64,000 bases of DNA. Source: Firmicutes bacterium CAG:95. GTDB taxonomy: Bacteria; Bacillota; Clostridia; Lachnospirales; Lachnospiraceae. Position 1 is the first letter of the stretch. The number at the start of each line of letters is the position of its first letter. Positions 58,001-64,000 of this stretch are shown here, in pieces. The DNA is taken from the NCBI GenBank assembly GCA_000438155.1, contig FR902981.1, positions 22,734 to 86,733 of the forward strand, given 5' to 3'. The notes under the pieces are model-generated. The model made no database searches. It was not told the DNA's origin and saw only the letters and a list, made by a program, of their open reading frames with translations. Both the position numbers and the translations under genes were made by a program.

Positions 58001-59489
58001 CAGCCGCTGCTTCTTTATCCCCGGCCAGAAATCGGACTTCTCCGCTTTCCGACCAGATATGCGGAACCCATTTCATACTGTGATAAACGCTCATCTGCCA
58101 AGGTATGGACGAATCAAAGAAGCAGGCCATACGCATTTCCTCCGGTGAGTGATGAAGCACCTGCTGCCAGAAAATCTGTAACACCCCATCATGCAGGTGT
58201 TTCTCTTCTCCTACTACACCAAGCCGGGAATTCTCCCGGAAGTCCACACCAACCGGTACCTCCTCCAGATACTGAAACCTCTTCCATAAGGCTTCTGCCT
58301 CCTCTTCCATCGAATCCTTTACGAAAACCTTCCTTTCCTCCGGAAGCTTCAGTCTTACAGGAAAATCCTGTCTTCCTGTTCCAAGACGTGTAAACCAGAA
58401 ATCCAGATCAGCTTCATACCGGTTCCAGTTCAATATCAGAAGCCGGTTCTCTGCATAATACTCCGGAACCGCCGGATATCTTCGATGCCAAAGCCCAGCT
58501 CCCTTCTGTGCTAACATCTGCAGCTCTGCTTCCAGTTTTCCCAGATATTCCCGGTACTGGATGATTCTTTCCCTGTTACTCCTTTGCTCCTCTCGACGAC
58601 TGGCCAGCCGGTTTGTAATCCCCCAGAATACTCCAAGCAATGCACTGCATACTCCTGCTGCCAATGTCACATACCGATAGTTGTTTCCTGTTCCATTCGA
58701 AATTCTGCTTCCAAGAAGACTCATCATCAGAATTGGAAAAACCATTGTAACCGATGGGCCTATGGACAGAATCCACGGCGTCTGCGAAGTCTCCTTTTTC
58801 TGTGGTGGACTTAAGACCTCTCTTTCCTGTTCTTCCGGTAAACAAACCTGTTCCGGAATTTTCTGTATGGAGCGTGACACCATTACCGCCCCTGCCCTTT
58901 GCTGTAATTCCTTCCCCGTAAATCCACTGTCCATCACCCGGCATTCTCCAACCAGTGGAACATAAATGAGATATGGGGGAAGAAATTGCATGGAAAGACC
59001 GTATAGCTGCAGGGAATCTCCCTTCTCAAGAATGGTACTTTCCTGCGCTCTTCTTCCGTTATGATATACTCCATCACCGCCAAGATTATGGAGAACACAA
59101 TTTTCGCCTTCCATAACCAGTACGGCATGTCGGCCTCTGACACTGGAATGAAACTGGTAACAGATTCTGTTTTCATAATCACTTCCCAAAGTCACCAAGG
59201 CTTCGGCTTCCAGACGGATTCTCCCTGCGGGAGCCAATCTATGTACAGGCCCCTGCCTGCTGATCAGTACCTTTTCTTCAACCTCAGAATCCGGTAACAG
59301 CAATGAATCCGATAACATGGGATGGGTATTTACCAGAAAGCTTCCCTGCTGATAATTCAGACAGATTTTCTGTCTCCGCAGATGCAAAAAAAATGCTGTA
59401 TCACCCATACAGGTAACATACTTCACAACAGATTCTGAGTCGGAAAAGGCACAAAAGAAAAAATGTTCTGCGTGAATCGTTTTCTTCAA
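55080..59489 (-). CDS. essC: EssC/YukB-type T7SS FtsK-SpoIIIE ATPase (two N-terminal FHA domains, 2 TM, three P-loop ATPase domains)
   Basis: FHA-like segments (LGSDYENRICYQFHSSVRGRHAVLV). TM pair. Walker A motifs GLIAGTTGSGKSE (D1), GGPATGKSHF (D2) and SGADQTGKSSL (D3). Walker B VIDEFAEL. 1469 aa. Confidence 0.9.
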   Translation of the reverse strand: MKKTIHAEHFFFCAFSDSESVVKYVTCMGDTAFFLHLRRQKICLNYQQGSFLVNTHPMLSDSLLLPDSEVEEKVLISRQGPVHRLAPAGRIRLEAEALVTLGSDYENRICYQFHSSVRGRHAVLVMEGENCVLHNLGGDGVYHNGRRAQESTILEKGDSLQLYGLSMQFLPPYLIYVPLVGECRVMDSGFTGKELQQRAGAVMVSRSIQKIPEQVCLPEEQEREVLSPPQKKETSQTPWILSIGPSVTMVFPILMMSLLGSRISNGTGNNYRYVTLAAGVCSALLGVFWGITNRLASRREEQRSNRERIIQYREYLGKLEAELQMLAQKGAGLWHRRYPAVPEYYAENRLLILNWNRYEADLDFWFTRLGTGRQDFPVRLKLPEERKVFVKDSMEEEAEALWKRFQYLEEVPVGVDFRENSRLGVVGEEKHLHDGVLQIFWQQVLHHSPEEMRMACFFDSSIPWQMSVYHSMKWVPHIWSESGEVRFLAGDKEAAAEILPDLTRELSAQKEQVSFLIFLFDPMLILGEVLQSLLQEGKADRVMVVGIAGKEQELPKEYRSRMIWQKDRQELQLYEKDKRITVPVQYDTMDRKKASSYSRNFALWERTGRGKNEGIPKNVDFLELFDCLRIEELHCEVRWQEARPEKRLKAVIGKGMQGAPVYLDVHEKFHGPHGLIAGTTGSGKSELLQTYLLSLMIQFSPQDVNFFVIDYKGGGTGNAVRNFPHCAGVISNLSGGQIRRAMLAISSENKRRQRIFSRYEVNHIDAYMQLYREGKAAAALPHLLIVIDEFAELKKEEPEFMQEVISLAQVGRSLGVHLILATQKPAGTVDDKIWSNARFHLCLRVQDKQDSMDMLHKPDAAYLTSPGQCYLQIGNDELYQLFQTGYCGGRYQPEEQKEETVALLSETGRRSVLPKEKVSDTADSLIECVENYVNHIAEQHGYGRPGLLWLPELEEVIYLEKIQEQEKEESENEIGHAQVFRVGKYDDPENQCQKVLYYEPQKQGHLGICGGPATGKSHFIRLILEQIARNNTPMEAEYFLLVVEQPGFLLYEEQPHCLALVQTPKDLPVFFYQFRQLWSERKRILNGENYKTFIRKNPGKLPVLYGMVDGIGTLRRYLGEAEEEFLLSMAAEGISLGVFLILTGNGVSDFQSKLWNKIKTTLSLELSDPFQYGDVLRQYHGISIPKAGVAGRGLCKKEKRVLEFQTLAFHKEGAGYQEGQPFYDRIVRIPEYPKLMQFLTVYRKSRKYDGTGSRVPLGYNKETGAIEILELQKLSGFLISGADQTGKSSLIDHLLFSVRSVTDWKILLLDTEGEHAGLIKEPEVICCRNAGELEEELQKEQQKKSRLVLMIPHLAAFTRQIYSYCGEEKEKTQQWEDLVGKRRQNVVVIGAYHPQRDLEVYATPLFQSLASCQWGVHLGGNASLQRALEFEGLNFSLLNRSEPPGNGFLKKGSGGGSVQLLIPYKEGEE

Positions 59490-59886
59490 ATAGCACCTCT
59501 TTTATTCTTTCGTGAAAATATTAGATGTCATAAAAACTAATAAAAGATGAAAGGATATGTTAATCGATCAACAATGAATTCATAAGTTATTATGTAAGAT
59601 AACAGATTTGGCATTTCACGTCAAGATGTTTTTGGTAAATTTAAACAATTATTTTACCAGATTAGTTTTATAATTTGGTTATTATCACGATACCTTATCC
59701 CTCTCACTAAACGCATGCTGCGCCTCCGGCTTGCATTCCTTAAGTGTTCCGGACTGGTTCGCACTCAAAATGATCCACTGAATCATTTTCTCATATGCAT
59801 GGCAACAAAAAAACAGACACACCCATTTAAGATGTGCCTGCACTTTCTCAGATTATAAAGCCAATTAAACGTCCTTCCGGTAAAAC

Positions 59887-60615
59887 CTAAAAATAGGAAT
59901 TAAAAATATTACCGGAAGCATAGGTATTACTGTAAGTTCCCTTCGTTGTATAGGTATTTGCCTTTGCTGCTTCCTGTGTTGCTGCAAAATCGATAAAGGA
60001 AGACTGGGAAGATACTCTGGATGCATAAGAATAACTTCCGCTAAACAAAGTCTTCACGGTGTTTGCATCTGCCTTTGCAAAAGCATCCTTGTCAAGTGTC
60101 AGTGTATCGTCCTTACCAATGGTAATACCTGCCTGACCCAACAGCTTCTGATTGGACTCTGTCATGTTCTTTAAGGTATCTACACGCTTCGTGATACTGT
60201 CGGAAGCGGACTTGGCAGACCCTTCAATCAGCTTGTTATAATTGGTTACAAAACTGTCTACCGCTTTATAAATCTCATCCTGACTCTTACTGAATACAGA
60301 ATCCTTACCTGTATTCGTTAACTGATCTGCAGAACTCTTCAAACTCTCTGATGCCGTCTGGATCTGCTTCAAGGTCTCTGCAGAATCCTTGGATGTGGAG
60401 AGTGTTTTCTTCTTTTCATCTACAATAGAAGCAGCTTCCTTGCTGATCTTGTTACCTTTGCCATAATAGGCCTTCATCAGCTTGCCATAGCTTCCATTCT
60501 TAATGCTCATGTAATCGGAAAGAAAATTTAAATTAGAATTTCCTGACATACTCTGAAACAAAAAAGAATAATTCTGCTTCATACCGGTATATCCCATGTT
60601 CAATCGTACTCCCAT
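59887..60615 (-). CDS. S/T/K-rich hydrophilic protein of unknown function upstream of essC, with its own terminator-like region. Start at the internal ATG with RBS.
   Basis: No TM or signal peptide. Low-complexity. Separated from essC by about 400 nt. Confidence 0.35.
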   Translation of the reverse strand: MGVRLNMGYTGMKQNYSFLFQSMSGNSNLNFLSDYMSIKNGSYGKLMKAYYGKGNKISKEAASIVDEKKKTLSTSKDSAETLKQIQTASESLKSSADQLTNTGKDSVFSKSQDEIYKAVDSFVTNYNKLIEGSAKSASDSITKRVDTLKNMTESNQKLLGQAGITIGKDDTLTLDKDAFAKADANTVKTLFSGSYSYASRVSSQSSFIDFAATQEAAKANTYTTKGTYSNTYASGNIFNSYF

Positions 60616-60743
60616 ATGACTTCCCTGCCTTTCCATACGCTAATTATATATTAGCAAAATAATCGGTAAAATACAATCCGATTTACGCAATTCATGTAAA
60701 AAAATACGCAATATCTGATAGGCATACCTTTCCTCCGTATGTT

Positions 60744-62033
60744 ATGCTTAACGAAACGGAAGGGAGAACTATTATGCTGAAAATACATCCTCATCGCAAG
60801 CACCTTAACATTCTTACATTTATACTGACTATCCTGCTCATAGTGAGCGGATGCCGTAAGGAGGAAACAGTCCCTATGCAAATACACGAAACTACGAGTC
60901 CAATATCTGAAGAGTCCGTTTCTACAGAAGCATCCTCACCCCAGCCATCAGCTGACAGTCCGGTTGTTTCCGATCTTCCCTCCCTGAAAGAACTCTATGC
61001 AGACTATTTCCAAATGGGTGTATGCATTAATCCGGTCACAGTTTCTGACAACCAGTATAAGGAGCTGATCTGTCATGAATTTAACAGTGTTACCAACGAA
61101 AATAACCTTAAACCGGAAAATATCATCAGCAAATCGGCTACTCTTGCCGATCTGGAAGGAAACCGTGAACATATACAACTTGATTTCACCCGTGTAATAC
61201 CGGAGCTTGATTTTGCTGTCCGGAATCACCTTAAGGTACGCGGACATACTCTCATCTGGCACAGCCAGACCCCGGACTGGATCTTTTATAAAGACTATGA
61301 TCCATCGGGAGAGCCTGCAGACCGTGAACTGATGCTGAAACGTATGGAAAATTACATCCATGATGTATTTTCCTTTATATCCACAAACTATCCCGATCTT
61401 TTCTATGCATTCGATATTGCTAATGAATGCATTGATGATAACGGTGGTATGAGAGACTCCTTATGGCGTAAGACCATCGGGGACGACTACCTCAATTATG
61501 CATTTTCCTATGCGCGCACCTATGCCCCGGAAGAAATTCTGCTTTTTTATAATGACTATAATACTTATCAGCCAGCCAAACAGGCTGATATCATAAATCT
61601 GCTTTCCCCGGTTGCAGAAGCTGGAAATCTGGACGGAATTGGAATGCAGAGCCACCTCGATACCGACGTATCTCCTGCCAGGTTCACCTTTGCGGCACAG
61701 AAATATGCCGACGAACTCCATGTTGTGATTCACATAACTGAACTGGATATTGTCCAGCCGGATGCAGGAAATCCTGAGAAAATACAGGGACTTTATTATA
61801 AAAGATTCTTTGATGCACTGGTTGCGGCCAAAAAGAACGGAACTCCGATTGAAAGCGTCAGCGTATGGGGACTTACCGATGGCCTCTCCTGGAAATCCGA
61901 TGACCATCCGTTGCTTTTCCACAGTGACCTGACTCCAAAGGATTGCTTTTATGAAATCACATCCGGTGAAGCTTATACAGGAGCGGCTTCACCGGAAATA
62001 ATGGCTTCAAGCTCCCGGAATGCCTGTTCATAG
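60744..62033 (+). CDS. Glycoside hydrolase family 10 endo-1,4-beta-xylanase, lipoprotein
   Basis: Lipoprotein signal (LTILLIVSGC). GH10 catalytic landmarks include the nucleophile motif HITELDI and the acid/base region (NE). 429 aa. Confidence 0.8.
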   Translation: MLNETEGRTIMLKIHPHRKHLNILTFILTILLIVSGCRKEETVPMQIHETTSPISEESVSTEASSPQPSADSPVVSDLPSLKELYADYFQMGVCINPVTVSDNQYKELICHEFNSVTNENNLKPENIISKSATLADLEGNREHIQLDFTRVIPELDFAVRNHLKVRGHTLIWHSQTPDWIFYKDYDPSGEPADRELMLKRMENYIHDVFSFISTNYPDLFYAFDIANECIDDNGGMRDSLWRKTIGDDYLNYAFSYARTYAPEEILLFYNDYNTYQPAKQADIINLLSPVAEAGNLDGIGMQSHLDTDVSPARFTFAAQKYADELHVVIHITELDIVQPDAGNPEKIQGLYYKRFFDALVAAKKNGTPIESVSVWGLTDGLSWKSDDHPLLFHSDLTPKDCFYEITSGEAYTGAASPEIMASSSRNACS

Positions 62034-62596
62034 CTTTCAAACCGGATCCCATGGAAACCAAGTTTCTTCGCAGCTTCTACATTCTCCTTGCGGTCATCAA
62101 TAAAGACACATTCCTCTTCCTTCAGATCATACGTGTCAAGAAGTGTCCGGTAAATATTCGGATCCGGCTTAATCATCTCTACATAAGCCGAAACAATCTG
62201 TCCATTTACATAGGGCATAAACGTAAACTTCTCCCTGCTGTGCAGATCATAATAACTTGCCGGATAGTTGGTCAGAAGATAGGTATGATAACCTCTCTCC
62301 TGAAGCCCTTTCAGCCACTCTGCCGAATAGTCAAAGGCTTCCACAACATCCCGCTTTCCATTTGACATAAAAAACGCAATATCCTGTGCATATTCCGGCG
62401 CATCCTCCTGCATATACTTCATGACTTCCTCTTCTTCAAAAAATCCACGATCCAGTTCCTGCCACCATTTACAATAAACCGAAGCCTTAAGAAGCGGAGC
62501 GATTTTTTCTTCCGGAATTGCGAGCTTACGCATGGCTTCTCCCGGCATAAACCGGATCAGTACACCACCAATATCAAAAACAATATTTCTAATCAT
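61973..62596 (-). CDS. HAD-superfamily hydrolase (subfamily IA-like)
   Basis: Motif I, FDIGGVLI, at the N-terminus. HAD motifs III and IV near the C-terminus (VFIDDRKENVEAAKKLG). Confidence 0.75.
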   Translation of the reverse strand: MIRNIVFDIGGVLIRFMPGEAMRKLAIPEEKIAPLLKASVYCKWWQELDRGFFEEEEVMKYMQEDAPEYAQDIAFFMSNGKRDVVEAFDYSAEWLKGLQERGYHTYLLTNYPASYYDLHSREKFTFMPYVNGQIVSAYVEMIKPDPNIYRTLLDTYDLKEEECVFIDDRKENVEAAKKLGFHGIRFESYEQAFRELEAIISGEAAPV

Positions 62597-62666
62597 GCTG
62601 TTCTCTCCATTTTCTGATCGTAATTATTCAGCTGCTTTTAATCTATAGTAACGATTCAGCCCGGCT

Positions 62667-63305
62667 CTACCTGTAATTCTCCCGTACTTCATCCACGCTC
62701 ATATAAACTACATTATGCTCCGGTTTTATGCCGCTTTTCATAAAGATATCACGGATTGTCACAAACTCATAGCCCTGACGCTTCAACTCCGGAATCAAAG
62801 TCTTGATTGCCTCTACCGTCTGTATATTATCTGCCATATCATGCAGCAGAATCATAAATCCGGGTCTTGCCACCTTAAGCAGACGCTCTGTTCTCTCCTT
62901 TGCACTCACCTCCGGCAGCCAGTCCTCACAGCCATAGCCACTGATAAAGGTAAGATCAATGAGATCATACATTTTCTGATCATAATCAATATAGGGCGGT
63001 CTGAAAAATTCCGGCTTCTCTCCCACAATCTTCTCAATGCGATCGGACGTTTCCCTAATCTCATCCACAATTTCCTGCTCACTCTGCTTCGGCATGGACT
63101 GGTGCGTTTTTGAATGGTTCTCAATGGTACAGCCCATATCATGTGCTCTTTTCACAAGATATTCTGTCTCCTCCGTAATCTGCTGTCCAATCAGAAAAAA
63201 ACTTGCAACTGCATGATTTTCTTCAAGGACATCCAACACCCGGTCTGTAATTCCCACAGTCGGTCCATCATCAAATGTCAATGCAGCCAGCTTTTTCTCA
63301 CTCAT
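62667..63305 (-). CDS. Polysaccharide deacetylase (NodB-homology, CE4)
   Basis: LTFDDGP motif, then the His-containing motifs (HSKTH, LLHD). Confidence 0.8.
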   Translation of the reverse strand: MSEKKLAALTFDDGPTVGITDRVLDVLEENHAVASFFLIGQQITEETEYLVKRAHDMGCTIENHSKTHQSMPKQSEQEIVDEIRETSDRIEKIVGEKPEFFRPPYIDYDQKMYDLIDLTFISGYGCEDWLPEVSAKERTERLLKVARPGFMILLHDMADNIQTVEAIKTLIPELKRQGYEFVTIRDIFMKSGIKPEHNVVYMSVDEVRENYR

Positions 63306-63429
63306 CCTGTCTATGCCTCCTTATCTATTTTCTGAAAAAATTGAAATACCTTCCTCTTTAGCAACAAACTTCCATCCAACTACTATTTTAACCAAAGTAA
63401 TCAAAAGTGCAAGAATAATCTGTGCTTTT

Positions 63430-64000
63430 CTACGAAGCTTCCAGCTCCCTGCGATCCCTGGTAATATTCTTCAGCCATTTAAATTTAAAGTAATGAATAA
63501 ATACGATCGGCATCTTTTCAAACTCATCCAATGTCATTACAAAATAAACCCAGATGGGCGGAAGCTTTAACACATAGGCCGCAATTGCCATCAGCGGCAC
63601 TGCCACACACCACATCATCACGGTATCGAGAATCATACCAAACTTTGCATCTCCGCCCCCACGGAAGCATCCACAGATCAGACAGGTATTCACTGCTTCC
63701 CCAACAAGACGCCAGGTTGTCATAATCATGATCATTCCCAGATAGGAAATTGCAGTTTCGGTCAGCTTATCACTGTAAAACCTGATCATAAACGGACGGA
63801 TTGCAAGAATCACTCCACTTCCAAGCAGACTCACCAGAAAAGTGATCCAGAGCATTCTGCCGGCATACACCTTCGTTTCTTCAATCTTATTGTTTCCAAG
63901 ACTCTGGCTGACAATAATGGTGGTCGCATTGGCAAAACCACGGCAGACAATTGCTCCGATATTCACAACCATCACCGCCACGGCATTCGCAGCCACCATA
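63430..64000 (-). CDS. MATE-family efflux transporter, C-terminal part (the gene continues beyond the window)
   Basis: Polytopic and MATE-like (MVAANAVAVMVVNIGAIVCRGFANATTIIVSQSLG). The ORF is open to the window edge. Confidence 0.65.
   Translation of the reverse strand, partial: MVAANAVAVMVVNIGAIVCRGFANATTIIVSQSLGNNKIEETKVYAGRMLWITFLVSLLGSGVILAIRPFMIRFYSDKLTETAISYLGMIMIMTTWRLVGEAVNTCLICGCFRGGGDAKFGMILDTVMMWCVAVPLMAIAAYVLKLPPIWVYFVMTLDEFEKMPIVFIHYFKFKWLKNITRDRRELEAS

Noticed and set aside
55160-58965. Numerous plus-strand ORFs of 60-180 aa across the essC region (for example 57144..57683 and 56717..57091)
   Set aside because: All of them lie antisense within the 1469-aa EssC CDS. They are P/S/H-rich with no motifs.
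1-64000. Searched for CRISPR arrays, rRNA and tRNA genes
   Set aside because: There are no regularly spaced short direct repeats, no rRNA-like conserved stretches and no convincing tRNA cloverleaf candidates. The only multi-copy repeats are the 42-bp pair, the HD-GYP flanking pair and the intragenic tandem repeats.

Overview
The window is a Firmicutes chromosome segment, Clostridia/Lachnospiraceae-like, with a mosaic layout. (1) 1 to about 19.6 kb is the distal part of an AT-rich conjugative element (ICE or integrated plasmid). It carries an NlpC/P60 cell-wall hydrolase that runs off the window start, a DUF3801/PcfB-like protein, a TraG/VirD4 coupling ATPase, small T4SS membrane components, and a cargo block. 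The cargo includes an HD-GYP phosphodiesterase flanked by hairpin repeats, a 1300-aa tail-anchored coiled-coil protein, a dual-HTH regulator and several unknown proteins. No VirB4, relaxase or integrase lies in the window, so the element continues upstream. (2) 20 to 44 kb is core chromosome: ECF S component, TPR/DUF4037 protein, MATE pump, remnants of a BcrAB-like ABC transporter, aroA and hflX (both with in-frame tandem-repeat insertions), a 154-bp MITE-like element with perfect 13-bp TIRs and an 8-bp target-site duplication, an RsuA/RluB-type pseudouridine synthase, ligA, metA, a choloylglycine hydrolase, a CpsB/C/D-like BY-kinase module, an LCP protein, a sortase-B-fold lipoprotein lacking the catalytic His and Cys, and an AraC-HTH plus YesM-like histidine kinase pair bracketed by 42-bp direct repeats. 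(3) 44.0 to 48.6 kb is an AT-rich decayed island (ArsR regulator, MazF-like toxin fusion, frameshifted gene, ParB-like nuclease-domain protein). (4) 48.9 to 50.7 kb is a signal-less S8 subtilisin next to an AraC regulator. (5) 51.8 to 60.6 kb is the most interesting region. It is a minus-strand type VIIb-like secretion locus: EssC, a YukD/EsaB-like protein, five small WXG100-like proteins, and a lipase effector with N-terminal lipase and C-terminal helical domains. No EssB/EsaA/EssA is present in the window. (6) 60.7 to 64 kb holds a GH10 xylanase lipoprotein, a HAD hydrolase, a polysaccharide deacetylase and a partial MATE transporter. I found no rRNA, tRNA or CRISPR array.
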